NCBI GenBank assembly: GCA_030615605.1
Contig: JAUWYY010000005.1
Span: forward strand, 43,682 to 107,681
Reading direction: 5' to 3'
Source of the DNA: a bacterium
GTDB taxonomy: Bacteria > Armatimonadota > Zipacnadia > Zipacnadales > Zipacnadaceae
DNA length: 64,000 bases
Each line of letters begins with the position of its first letter. Within the stretch, counting starts at the first letter, position 1. A program made the position numbers and the translations under genes. Below, one piece after another: positions 1 to 9,260 of this stretch. Under the pieces are notes generated by a model. That model did not search any database. It had not been told where the DNA came from and worked only from the letters and a program-made list of their open reading frames with translations.

Positions 1-537
1 GCTCCCCTTATGACACGTTTTCGCGAAACGGATCAGTCACGGTATGCTCGCAGGGTGGCGGCGGTCAATCTCATGAAGTCCCCTAGATGGAATCCAATCT
101 ATGGGATTGGTTGGCTTAACTTTAGTAACTTTAACCGAGGATTTGGCACTGAAGAAGAGATTGTTGCTTGGGGAAGATACTCCACAACAGTCGAAGCAGC
201 TGCTAGCGGCTCTGCATTACACAATGTGTGGTGGGCTATTCCGGTGGAATATGGGGTAGTGGGAACGCTAATGTTCCTGGGAATACTGGCCGGACTCGGG
301 CACGGGACACTGCGCATTTGGCGTAATGCTCGAACTGGTGCCAAAGTAGATGACGGCTTGTTGATCGCCATGTTAGGCAGTCTCGTTGCTTTAGGGATGG
401 TTGGATACTACCACAACATCTATTCATTTGACGCTTGCATGTGTATATTCTGGGCTTTCTATGCGCTATTGACAAGCCACCCCGATTCATTTCTGGAACC
501 GGAGGCAAGACAAACAGCCTCCGAATCCGCGAGGTGA
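1..537 (+). CDS. O-antigen ligase / Wzy-like polymerase family membrane protein, C-terminal part (gene starts upstream of window)
   Basis: Open frame from position 1. Motif ALHNVWWAIPVEYGVVG fits the Wzy_C pattern H-N-x-W...E-x-G-x-x-G, followed by hydrophobic TM helices. Confidence 0.5.
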   Translation, partial: APLMTRFRETDQSRYARRVAAVNLMKSPRWNPIYGIGWLNFSNFNRGFGTEEEIVAWGRYSTTVEAAASGSALHNVWWAIPVEYGVVGTLMFLGILAGLGHGTLRIWRNARTGAKVDDGLLIAMLGSLVALGMVGYYHNIYSFDACMCIFWAFYALLTSHPDSFLEPEARQTASESAR

Positions 538-612
538 ATGTGCATGCCGGTAGCATACGCCGGTGCAACAAGACTTGGCTGGCGAGCTATAGGTTTGGAA
601 TTCTGAAAGGCA

Positions 613-1785
613 TTGCGGACCCAGAGAATGACAAAGCGACGCTGCGAGCTAGGGGCCAAACCATCCATTTGTTTCGTGGAAACTAGCAAACCGATGGTCG
701 ATATCCTTACGTCGGGTGGCGAAGTGGCCATGGGTGGTGGGGAGCTGCAATTGTTTATGCTAGCTCACGCTCTTCGCAAGGAGGGATGGTCGGTATTATT
801 CTTGGTAGGAGACTATGGGCAACCCAAGGCCCTGCGAACAGCAGACGGCTTCCCGGTAGTTCGAGCATATTGCCGGAACGATCGGCCAGCCTTCTTGCCT
901 CTATTTATTGGATCCGTACGTCAATTCTGGCGATCATTGGGTCAGGTCAATGCTGATGTTTATATGTCCCGTGGGCTTTGGGGACAGGCAGGCGTCATTG
1001 CTGCCTTCGCTCGGCGGTATCGGCGCAAATACGTATTATGGTTCGCTCGCAACTGGGACGCTCAATACGGGGTGCCGTGGCTTTCTTCTCAGCCGCTCAT
1101 TGAACGATTGCCGGCTTGGTATGCTGTGCATCATGCTGATGCCGTTGTTGCACAGAGTAACGACCAGAACAAGCTGCTAAGAAAGCATACTGGACGCGAT
1201 GGCGTGGTAATACCCAATGTTTCTCCCTGGGAAGACAGCACGGCTCCCCACGTGACAAGGGAGCACGTGCTTTGGATTGGCTCGATTCGTCCCGTCAAGA
1301 GACCACATATGTTTCTGGATGTAGCCGAACGGCTCCCACGTATGCGATTTGTTATGGCGGGGGGAGAAATGCGTGGGCATTCGGAGTTGTACGATGCCGT
1401 CGCCGGTCGAGCGGACAAGTTGTCTAACGTAGACTTTCTGGGCTTTGTGCCTTATGATGAAACCATGGAACTCTTTCAACGAGCGCACGTCGTGGTTAGC
1501 ACATCCGAATCCGAGGGCTTCCCCAATGTCTTCTTACAGGCGTGGAGCACTGGCACGCCAGTGGTAGCTACAGTTGATCCAGACGGAGTCATATCTGCAA
1601 ACGGCTTGGGGTACTACTGCCGGAATGCAACGCAAATGGTGGAACGAATAAGGGAGATAGCGGAAGATGATACTTCACGAGGCGAGATAGGTCGGCGAGG
1701 CCGCGCATATGTCTCCAAGCGCCATTCCCCAGACCGGATTGGTAGTCAGCTTGATAGTCTTCTGCGGGAGCTTATTGATGATTGA
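613..1785 (+). CDS. Glycosyltransferase family 4 (GT-B, retaining)
   Basis: C-terminal E-x7-E type motif SESEGFPNVFLQAWSTGTPVV. Paralogous to the next ORF. Confidence 0.85.
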   Translation: MRTQRMTKRRCELGAKPSICFVETSKPMVDILTSGGEVAMGGGELQLFMLAHALRKEGWSVLFLVGDYGQPKALRTADGFPVVRAYCRNDRPAFLPLFIGSVRQFWRSLGQVNADVYMSRGLWGQAGVIAAFARRYRRKYVLWFARNWDAQYGVPWLSSQPLIERLPAWYAVHHADAVVAQSNDQNKLLRKHTGRDGVVIPNVSPWEDSTAPHVTREHVLWIGSIRPVKRPHMFLDVAERLPRMRFVMAGGEMRGHSELYDAVAGRADKLSNVDFLGFVPYDETMELFQRAHVVVSTSESEGFPNVFLQAWSTGTPVVATVDPDGVISANGLGYYCRNATQMVERIREIAEDDTSRGEIGRRGRAYVSKRHSPDRIGSQLDSLLRELIDD

Positions 1786-2944
1786 AACAGTGTCAACCGA
1801 GTCCCCTCAGACCGAAGCACCCACGGACGCGAAGCCCGAAGTGTGCATATTCCATACGGGGCCTGCGGTGCCGCAGATGTTGTTGGGCGAAGAAGTGGTT
1901 GGTGTTGGGGGGGCCGAACTTCAGCTTGCTGCCATAGTGCGTGGCTTGCGCGAGCGGGGATGGTCAATAAGCTTTGCGTTACGCGGCAGCAAGCCGGGCG
2001 AGACGCCCACTTGTGTAAATGGTATTAGGCTGATAAGAGCACAATCTACGAGGCGGGGCGTTCCAATTCTTCGTTTCTTTACTCACACACTACCCTCTAA
2101 TCTGAATCTAATCAGACAAGCTGGCGCGGATGTGTACGTGATGAGGGGAGTGGGATGGCAGAGCGGCCTGCTGGCGTGGGCTTGCCGGAGGTATGCTCAC
2201 CGTTTCATATTGTGGTTAGCCTCTATTACTGATCCTACGTGCGGTACACGGCGGCATTCGAGGCTGGCAGTTCAGGAGCGCTGGCTTGCCCGCTACGGAC
2301 TCAGGCACGCTGATGTTATTGTAGCTCAAACTCGCGACCAGCAGCGATTGCTCCGCGAACATCAAGGGCTGGATTCCGTACTCATCCGCAACATTTGGCC
2401 AATGGACGAAAGCGAGTACGTGGCACCAGCTGATCCACCTGAAGTATTCTGGGCAGCCTCTGTCCAAGAGCTGAAGAGGCCCGAGCTTTTCTTAGAAATC
2501 GCTCAGAGACTGGAGGATATTCGGTTCTGCATGGCGGCTGCCCCGGCCCCCGGCAAGGCCGAGCTCTATCAGGACATCAGGGCAGAGGCTGCAAAGATAC
2601 CCAACGTGGATTTCCTGGGCTTTGTGCCGTTTCGAGAAATAGACAAGTACTATGCCCGGGCGTCGGCGTATCTGTGCACTTCGACCATTGAAGGTTTCCC
2701 TAACACATTCTTGCAGGCGTGGAGTCATGGCCGGCCAGTTGTTTCTACGTTTGATCCAGATGAAGTTATCTGTGAACATAACCTTGGGTTTCATTGCCAG
2801 GATCTTGATGAGCTGGTAAGTGCTGTGCGGACAGCGTGTGAGAACAGTTCAGACTATGCAGAACGAGTGCGCACGTATTTGCGTAAGTATCACTCGCCTG
2901 AGGTGATAATGCCTCAGATCGAGAGGGTTCTATTAGGAGAATGA
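1778..2944 (+). CDS. Glycosyltransferase family 4 (paralog of upstream GT4)
   Basis: TIEGFPNTFLQAWSHGRPVV motif. Its N-terminus aligns with the upstream GT (VCIFHTG...GGAELQL vs ICFVETS...GGGELQL). Start chosen at the internal ATG 1778, which overlaps the upstream stop (ATGATTGA) and suggests translational coupling. The longest ORF starts at 1709. Confidence 0.8.
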   Translation: MIETVSTESPQTEAPTDAKPEVCIFHTGPAVPQMLLGEEVVGVGGAELQLAAIVRGLRERGWSISFALRGSKPGETPTCVNGIRLIRAQSTRRGVPILRFFTHTLPSNLNLIRQAGADVYVMRGVGWQSGLLAWACRRYAHRFILWLASITDPTCGTRRHSRLAVQERWLARYGLRHADVIVAQTRDQQRLLREHQGLDSVLIRNIWPMDESEYVAPADPPEVFWAASVQELKRPELFLEIAQRLEDIRFCMAAAPAPGKAELYQDIRAEAAKIPNVDFLGFVPFREIDKYYARASAYLCTSTIEGFPNTFLQAWSHGRPVVSTFDPDEVICEHNLGFHCQDLDELVSAVRTACENSSDYAERVRTYLRKYHSPEVIMPQIERVLLGE

Positions 2945-3025
2945 ATCTATCTATGACCCTGGCTGGGGCCGGTGATTCACCGGCTGCTTGGAGACGAGGA
3001 GGTGATCCTGGTGCCGCAGGAGACG

Positions 3026-5704
3026 ATGTTTTCGATTATCCTCGCGGGGGGACGAGGAACACGGATGCGATCAGATTCCACCCATAAGGTCTGTTTTGAG
3101 GTGGGAGGCGTCCCAGTTATCTTACGAGCACTCCAGACCTATGAAGAGTGTGGAATAGACCACCACATAATCGTGGTGGGTGAGCTTGGTGAACAGGTTG
3201 TTTCCACTGTGGGAGACCATTTCACCAATGTGTCATTTGTCTACCAGCCAGTGCCTCTGGGTACGGGAGATGCCGCCAGGTGTGGAGCGCGTGGGCTGGC
3301 GGCGGCCGGCTACGAGGGCCTGGTTCTCGTGGTAGCGGGAGACCGGTTGCTTGCTCCGCGTGCTGTGAAAAAGTTGGTAGAAACGTGGCGCGAGTCCGGA
3401 AGCGACGGGGCATTCCTTGTTAGTCACAAGGAAGACAATCCCTTTTCTGGGAGGGTTGTATGCGACGACTCGGGGCGAGTTGCCGGTATTGTTGAAGCCA
3501 GCGAGATTGCGCTTTCGGAGGTTGTCAGCGCTCTGCAGAGGCACAGATACGGAAACGGCCAACACCTGGCATGCACTCCACTTCTGGAAGAGATTCACGC
3601 ACGTTTTCCGAACCCGGACAAGGCTGCTACGGCTTGCGGCAAACTGTACTCTGCCTTGGCAAGCCAGGATAGTGTCGCCAGTGCGGACTTGGGCGACCTC
3701 ATTGAACCTCTACGCGAAATGACCAGTCTGCAACTGTGGCTGAACAACGAGCCAACGCTTCTGCCCGCCTACGAGGCGGAGGAAATGACTTCTGAGGTGA
3801 ACCTCTCAGCCTATCTGTTTCCTGCTCCAGTATTGTTTGAAGGGCTTCGGGGTTTGACGACGGACAACGCACAGGGCGAAGAATTCCTGACCGACTGCGT
3901 AAACAGTCTTGCTGCAGCCCGCGACGATGGCGGACACCCCAGATACAGAATAACTACTGTGCTGGTAGATGAGCCTGACGATGCCCTGGCGTACAACACT
4001 CCTGGGGAACTGGCGGCAGTCGAGCGAAGGCTGCGTGCAGAACAGAGCGAGACCATTAAGATAGTCGAACGGCCCAAGTTCCTGCACGAACGGAGCCTGC
4101 GATCGGTCGCCCAGTGGCATACCTTGTTCGCCACCAATGCGCCAGAAGTCGAGGAGTTCATGAGCGATACTTATGGCCCCTCCGAAGAGGTACGGGAGAA
4201 GAAGCGGCAGGAGTATCTGGAGGCTCTGGAATGCTATGGTCGCCATCATGACTTCGATGAGCAGGTCTTCATTGTGCGGTCCCCCGGGCGCATTAATCTG
4301 TTGGGACGGCACGTTGACCACCGCGGAGGGCGGATTAACGTAGTAGCCATCAATGACGAGATTATCATGGTTGCTTCGCCCCGCGAGGATGACGTGATTG
4401 AGCTTCGTAACAGTGATGCGGAGGCCTTCCGGCCGGCTTCATTTTCTATCAGTCAAGAGGTCGCGAATCTAGACTGGGGGGACTGGCTGACCTGTGTCAA
4501 CAGCCCTAAGACCCTGGCTATGGTCAGTAATGGCCACTGGGAGAACTATGTGAAGGCAGCCGTGCTCCGCCTCCAGGAACGTTTCCGCGAGGTGCCTCTG
4601 CAGGGCCTGAAGGCGGTCACGCATGGTAGTATTCCCATAGGCTCGGGGCTCAGTTCCTCCTCGGCAGTGGTCGTGGCAGCTGCCGAAGCCATGGTCGCTC
4701 GCAACAACCTGCCTGTCCATGCCAATCTCCTGGTAGACCTATGCGGCGAGGGCGAATGGTTCGTGGGAACCCGAGGAGGCAGCGGGGACCACGCAGCCAT
4801 CAAGTTTGGGCGGCGCAGTCAGGTGGCTCACGTCGGCTTCTTCCCCTTTGAAGTCAAGGAATTCCTACCCTTCTTTGATGACCATTGTGTGGTGGTGTGT
4901 AACTCAGGCATAGAAGCCAGGAAGAGCGAACAAGCCAGGGCAACCTTTAACCGAAAAGTCCTGGGGTATGTGGCTGGCGAGATAATATTCAAGCAGCTCT
5001 TTCCCGCCTTTGCTCCGTCCATTCATCACTTGCGCGATATCTCTTGCCAAAACCTGGGCATCGAACTCGAAGACCTATACCGAATGCTCAAGCAACTGCC
5101 TCTTCGACTGACTCGGCAGGAACTGTTTGAGCAGTACGGGCCCTTTGATCCCTCCAGTAGCGAAAAACTTCGGAACCTCCTGTCTGGTATTCCCGAAGGT
5201 GACGACGCCTTTGAGGTCCGGGGTGTGATGCTTTTCGGCATAGCCGAATGCGACCGAAGCCGCAGGTGCGTGGAATACCTCCGACGCGGAGACGCTGAGG
5301 GCTTTGGCGAGTTATGGTACATATCGCATGATGGCGACCGAGTTGTGGCATACGATTCACAACTGCAGCCGCAGCCGTGGGACTATGAAGTGGATGATAG
5401 TTATCTGGATGCACTCATCGCCGACCTACAGAGCGGCGAGGCGGGCCGGGTGCAGAGGGCTCAGCTTCATAGACAGCCCGGTAAGTACGCCTGCAGCACC
5501 CCAGAAACTGACATGATTGTGGACATAGCCCGCAGGATACCGGGAGTCAAGGGGGCGCAGCTAGCCGGTGCGGGTCTGGGCGGATGCGTGATGGTGCTGG
5601 TGGAGGAACAAAGCTGTGACGAGTTGTTAGAGGCCCTTGAGTCTCATGACTTCGAGACAAAGCGATACTATCCTCCTGAAGGAGCTGGGCTCGTCATTGT
5701 GTAG
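3026..5704 (+). CDS. Bifunctional sugar-1-phosphate nucleotidylyltransferase (N-terminal) / galactokinase-like GHMP sugar-1-kinase (C-terminal)
   Basis: N-terminus MFSIILAGGRGTRM is the G-G-x-G-T-R NTP-transferase signature. C-terminal half carries the galactokinase signature GRINLLGRHVDHRGG and GHMP ATP-binding motif PIGSGLSSSSAVVVA. Start set at the ATG preceding the GGRGTR motif, with AGGAG 4 nt upstream. The longest ORF starts at 2972. Confidence 0.7.
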   Translation: MFSIILAGGRGTRMRSDSTHKVCFEVGGVPVILRALQTYEECGIDHHIIVVGELGEQVVSTVGDHFTNVSFVYQPVPLGTGDAARCGARGLAAAGYEGLVLVVAGDRLLAPRAVKKLVETWRESGSDGAFLVSHKEDNPFSGRVVCDDSGRVAGIVEASEIALSEVVSALQRHRYGNGQHLACTPLLEEIHARFPNPDKAATACGKLYSALASQDSVASADLGDLIEPLREMTSLQLWLNNEPTLLPAYEAEEMTSEVNLSAYLFPAPVLFEGLRGLTTDNAQGEEFLTDCVNSLAAARDDGGHPRYRITTVLVDEPDDALAYNTPGELAAVERRLRAEQSETIKIVERPKFLHERSLRSVAQWHTLFATNAPEVEEFMSDTYGPSEEVREKKRQEYLEALECYGRHHDFDEQVFIVRSPGRINLLGRHVDHRGGRINVVAINDEIIMVASPREDDVIELRNSDAEAFRPASFSISQEVANLDWGDWLTCVNSPKTLAMVSNGHWENYVKAAVLRLQERFREVPLQGLKAVTHGSIPIGSGLSSSSAVVVAAAEAMVARNNLPVHANLLVDLCGEGEWFVGTRGGSGDHAAIKFGRRSQVAHVGFFPFEVKEFLPFFDDHCVVVCNSGIEARKSEQARATFNRKVLGYVAGEIIFKQLFPAFAPSIHHLRDISCQNLGIELEDLYRMLKQLPLRLTRQELFEQYGPFDPSSSEKLRNLLSGIPEGDDAFEVRGVMLFGIAECDRSRRCVEYLRRGDAEGFGELWYISHDGDRVVAYDSQLQPQPWDYEVDDSYLDALIADLQSGEAGRVQRAQLHRQPGKYACSTPETDMIVDIARRIPGVKGAQLAGAGLGGCVMVLVEEQSCDELLEALESHDFETKRYYPPEGAGLVIV

Positions 5705-5783
5705 GCTGATTTCAATGTTACACAGTAATGGACGCCTGATCAAGTCAGGAGCGATGTCGCCAGAGAAAGGAACCGTGTAAGCG

Positions 5784-6716
5784 ATGGCAGTGTACTTGGT
5801 CACGGGCGGCGCGGGATTCATTGGTAGCAACATTGCTGCAGCATTGGTCAAACAAGGCGAAGAAGTACGAGTGCTGGACAACCTCTCCACCGGCAAACGC
5901 GAGAATATTGCTGGTTGGGAGGACGATATCTGGCTTGTTGAGCAAGATATCACAGACCTGGAAGCAATCAGGCCCGCGTTTGAGGGCGTGGATTATGTGT
6001 TGCATCAGGCGGCCTTGCCCTCGGTGCCCCGGTCTGTCGAGGACCCTATCGCTACCACCCAGGCCAACGTCAACGGCACATTGAATGTCTTGCTGGCTGC
6101 CCGCGATGCTGGAGTGGAGCGGGTGGTATACGCCTCATCTTCTTCGGTCTATGGTCAGAATCCTGACTTGCCTAAGCACGAGAGCATGCGTCCTGAGCCC
6201 ATCTCGCCATATGCAGCGTCCAAGTTGGCGGGAGAAACCTACACAGCCGCCTTCTACGAAGTCTACGGACTGGAGACCGTCTCTTTGCGCTATTTCAACG
6301 TGTTCGGGCCGCATCAGGATCCGGAGTCGCAGTACGCCGCAGTCCTTCCCATATTTGTCTCGCGGATGTTGGACGGTAAGCCACCTATGATCTTCGGAGA
6401 CGGCGAACAATCACGAGATTTCTCCTATGTCGCCAACGTGGTGTACGCCAACCTTTGCGCTGCTCAGGCGGAGGGGGCAGCAGGCCAAGTCTTCAACATC
6501 GCCTGCGGCCAGCGTAGCACGCTCAACCAACTGGTTGAGTATCTGAACGAAATACTGGGAACCGACTTCGAGCCGGAATATGCTTCCGAACGCCCCGGCG
6601 ACGTCAGACATTCATTGGCAGATATCTCCGCGGCCCGGGGAGTCCTCGGGTATGAACCACAGGTGGACTTCCGAGAAGGTCTTGACTTGGCGGCACAGTG
6701 GTATCAAGAAGGCTGA
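5784..6716 (+). CDS. NAD-dependent SDR epimerase, WbpP/TviC-like (UDP-GlcNAc / UDP-GlcNAcA 4-epimerase family)
   Basis: VTGGAGFIGSN Rossmann motif, LDNLSTGKRENI (cf. LDNFSTGHQYNL of WbpP/TviC), YASSSSVYG and YAASK (YxxxK). Confidence 0.75.
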   Translation: MAVYLVTGGAGFIGSNIAAALVKQGEEVRVLDNLSTGKRENIAGWEDDIWLVEQDITDLEAIRPAFEGVDYVLHQAALPSVPRSVEDPIATTQANVNGTLNVLLAARDAGVERVVYASSSSVYGQNPDLPKHESMRPEPISPYAASKLAGETYTAAFYEVYGLETVSLRYFNVFGPHQDPESQYAAVLPIFVSRMLDGKPPMIFGDGEQSRDFSYVANVVYANLCAAQAEGAAGQVFNIACGQRSTLNQLVEYLNEILGTDFEPEYASERPGDVRHSLADISAARGVLGYEPQVDFREGLDLAAQWYQEG

Positions 6717-6917
6717 GCAAACAGTGCAGAACCTGTGAGATTGGCGAACCGTTAAGTAGCACACTACTGGAATACTGATACTCGGAGCAGCCAAGATGAC
6801 CACAGATGAAGTGGATACCCGGGGGATAATTGCACTTGAGGCAGAGGGGGAGTGCGCGTACAGCAGCAGGTCGGAGGACTTCTTGCGTGACCTCAAATAT
6901 GGTATGCTTGAGCTATC

Positions 6918-7110
6918 ATGACAAGATTCAAAGAGTATAATCCAGAGCAACTGTTGCTTTTGCCGCCTGATCTTAGTGAGTGGCTGGCAGATGGCCGTCT
7001 GGCCATTCCATTCGCGATGTCGTCGGCGAACTGGACCTTTGTGAGATCTGCGCCGACTACGACTCCAGTGGTGATGGTCAATGCGGAATAAGAATCGAAA
7101 CAAGAAGAAA
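6918..7110 (+). pseudogene. Decayed remnant of an IS1182/IS5-family (DUF772-type) transposase N-terminus
   Basis: Short frame reads MTRFKEYNPEQLLLLPPDLSEWLADGRLA and then shifts frame into IRDVVGELDLCEICADYDSSGDGQCG. Together these resemble the conserved IS1182/IS5 N-terminus (YNPNQ.LLLPPSL.DWLPEDH.ARFI.EVVD.LDLS.I...Y...GRG). The remainder is degenerate, with a frameshift and stops. Confidence 0.35.
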
Positions 7111-7318
7111 GGCAGAGGAGGTCTTGGTCGTAGACCTCGGGCAAATTCCGCAACGTCAACCCAGGGCCGTCGAAGCAGACACGATAGGCCCACATCGTTG
7201 TGAAATGTCTCCTGGCTTGGCGAGCAGGCTAGGTTAGATTGAGGGGATGAATCAATGAGAATATTTCGACAGTAATATGGCGTAGTTCACCGAAAGTTGA
7301 AGAATTGGGAGAAGGCAC

Positions 7319-7347
7319 TTGACAAACAGAGAAGATTTTGCTATACT
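7319..7347 (+). promoter_or_regulatory. Consensus sigma70 promoter TTGACA-17-TATACT
   Basis: TTGACA at 7319-7324, exact 17-nt spacer, TATACT at 7342-7347. Lies in non-coding DNA. Confidence 0.5.
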
Positions 7348-7469
7348 ACAGACAAATTAGGCACCGGAGTTACAGCATTATGGCCGACCGCAGGCGACGG
7401 GGGGAGCTTGCTATCGAAGAGAAGACCTGACGATTCACGTTGATGTGTTTGATCGAGTAACAGACACAG

Positions 7470-7520
7470 CCACCGGTGTATTGACCGCAGAAGTTTGTGC
7501 GGACCGGTGGTTGTTTTGAT
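7470..7520 (+). terminator. Intrinsic terminator-like hairpin + T-tract
   Basis: CCACCGGTG...GACCGCA-gaagttt-TGCGGACCGGTGG stem followed by TTGTTTTGATT. About 125 nt downstream of the predicted TSS of the 7319 promoter. Confidence 0.45.
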
Positions 7521-7546
7521 TGGGGGGGTAAGACAAGGAGAGGGCG

Positions 7547-7591
7547 AAACCAAAAACAGGAAAGGGCCGAGGAGGTGTCGCTCCTCGGCCC
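7547..7591 (-). terminator. Intrinsic terminator (minus strand)
   Basis: Perfect 10-bp stem GGCCGAGGAG/CTCCTCGGCC with a 6-nt loop. On the minus strand it is followed by TTTCCTGTTTTTGGTTTC. Confidence 0.45.
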
Positions 7592-8018
7592 CAGGACAGA
7601 CTAAAACCCTGGCTCGGGCTTAGTGCTGCCGCTTGGTTAGCATTATAGCATATCGCCGCCACCGTTGTCAAGCCAGTCTCTCGGCGGCATGCAGCACCCC
7701 CGAGTACCCAACGGTTCACTTCTGTCTTACCCCCCTTATGGGTTCGCCAAACGCATAGGTGGCTCTGGCGGATCAATACCTGAAGACTTCGGTGGCTTGC
7801 ATCTTAACTGGAAGACACGCGCCGTACATTGGGGGAGAGAGGTTGCTGCACGAAAACATCCAGGAGGTGCCGCTCCTCTGTCCAGGATGTATCCAAGGCC
7901 CTGGTTCGGGGGGATACAGTGAACCGGACTCTCTCCCCCAATACTCATACATATCGCGGTGTCACGGACTGTCCGAAGTGACTTTGGGCACATCACCGGG
8001 GGTTGTGCTGGGAGGTGA

Positions 8019-9101
8019 ATGAAGATGGTGATCCAGAAGTGGGTTGGGGCACGGGTTGGCTTGATGGGCAACCCCTCAGACGGCTTCGGTGGCAAGACGA
8101 TTGCCTGTATGGTCCGCAACTTCGGGGCGCAGGCAATCTTGAGAGAAAGCAGTACCGTGGAGATTGTGCGGCATCCCATATACGATCCACTCTCTTTCAG
8201 CAGCTTGGAGCATCTGGAGGAGACGGCCGCGCACGATGGCTATTACGGCGGAATACGGTTGCTCTACGCCACTTGCAGCAAGTTTCATCACTACTGCCGA
8301 GAGCGCGGAATACATGTGCCTGACCGCAACTTCGCGCTGCAGTATGACACGAACATTCCTCGTCAAGTTGGCCTGGGAGGCTCGAGTGCCATTATTGCCG
8401 CGGTCCTTAAGGCACTAATGGAGTTTTATGAGCTCTCTGAGGATGACATTCCCAGGCCGGAGCAACCCAACTTGATTCTAGCGGTGGAGACCGACCAACT
8501 CGGCATTGCGGCGGGCTTGCAGGATCGTGTAGCCCAGACCTACGGCGGCCTTGTATACATGGATTTCGCTCCAGAATACATGGAAACGCACGGGCACGGT
8601 TATTATGAATACCTGGACATGGCTGAGCTACCCCCCATGTATCTCGCTTACAGTTGGGAGCCTTCCTATTCGGGGAAGATGCACAACATAGCGCGGCACC
8701 GTTTTAACCAGGGCGACAAGGAGGTCATCGAGGCAGTTCGACGCTGGGCTGCCTATACAGATCAGGCCCGAGAGGCCATTGCGGACAAAGACTGGCGCAC
8801 ATTTTCCGTGTTGATGGATATGAACTTCGATCTGCGCCAGCGGGTGTACGGAGCCGAACACTTGGGCCGGGGCAACCTGGAAATGATCAACCTGGCCCGG
8901 AAACATGGCCTGCCCGCGAAGTTCGCAGGCTCGGGCGGAGCCGTCGTCGGCTTCTGCGAGGACCGTAGCTCGCTACGCAAGGCCGAGCAATCATTCTCTG
9001 AGCATGGGTACGGATTTGCGGTGCTGGAACCGGCTGATTACGAAAGTATCAATGACGCAGTGGAAGCTGGCGTCCCAAACGGCTCGCGAGTCTACGTTTG
9101 A
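8019..9101 (+). CDS. Glucuronokinase-like GHMP sugar-1-kinase (plant GlcAK homolog)
   Basis: ARVGLMGNPSDGFGGKTIA, DGYYGGIRLLYATCSKF, YDTNIPRQVGLGGSSAIIAAVLKAL, GIAAGLQDRVAQTYGGLVYMDF and FAGSGGAVVGFC closely track remembered Arabidopsis glucuronokinase motifs. Strong RBS GGGAGGTGA upstream. Confidence 0.8.
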   Translation: MKMVIQKWVGARVGLMGNPSDGFGGKTIACMVRNFGAQAILRESSTVEIVRHPIYDPLSFSSLEHLEETAAHDGYYGGIRLLYATCSKFHHYCRERGIHVPDRNFALQYDTNIPRQVGLGGSSAIIAAVLKALMEFYELSEDDIPRPEQPNLILAVETDQLGIAAGLQDRVAQTYGGLVYMDFAPEYMETHGHGYYEYLDMAELPPMYLAYSWEPSYSGKMHNIARHRFNQGDKEVIEAVRRWAAYTDQAREAIADKDWRTFSVLMDMNFDLRQRVYGAEHLGRGNLEMINLARKHGLPAKFAGSGGAVVGFCEDRSSLRKAEQSFSEHGYGFAVLEPADYESINDAVEAGVPNGSRVYV

Positions 9102-9260
9102 GAGCCGGTATGCTGGTGACCGTATGCGAGCGTGAGATATGCCGTGTACAGCTTATGACGAACACGCGCAGAGTCAACCTGCTACCGAGCCCAACGGAGC
9201 AGCAATATCGCTATCGGCTGTCCGACAAAGCCTGCCCTGCGGGGGGGAGGCGTCACAGAC

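Noticed and set aside
99-571. Minus-strand ORFs 99-371 and 236-571 overlapping the Wzy-like gene
   Set aside because: Antisense to a motif-supported membrane protein gene. Low-complexity Pro/Ser/Arg-rich translations typical of high-GC antisense frames.
6612-7195. 193-aa and 100-aa minus-strand ORFs in the non-coding gap
   Set aside because: Arg/Ser/Pro-rich nonsense translations with no RBS. They overlap the IS-remnant frames and the predicted promoter, so they are most likely open frames by chance.
7435-8190. Possible RNase P, tmRNA, SRP or 6S RNA on either strand between the two terminators and the GlcAK gene
   Set aside because: I looked for GGAGGAAAGTCCGGGCTCC-like (RNase P), GGGG...TCCACCA (tmRNA) and SRP domain IV motifs and found none. 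Only the long-range GGGGGAGAGAG/CTCTCTCCCCC stem is reported as a finding.
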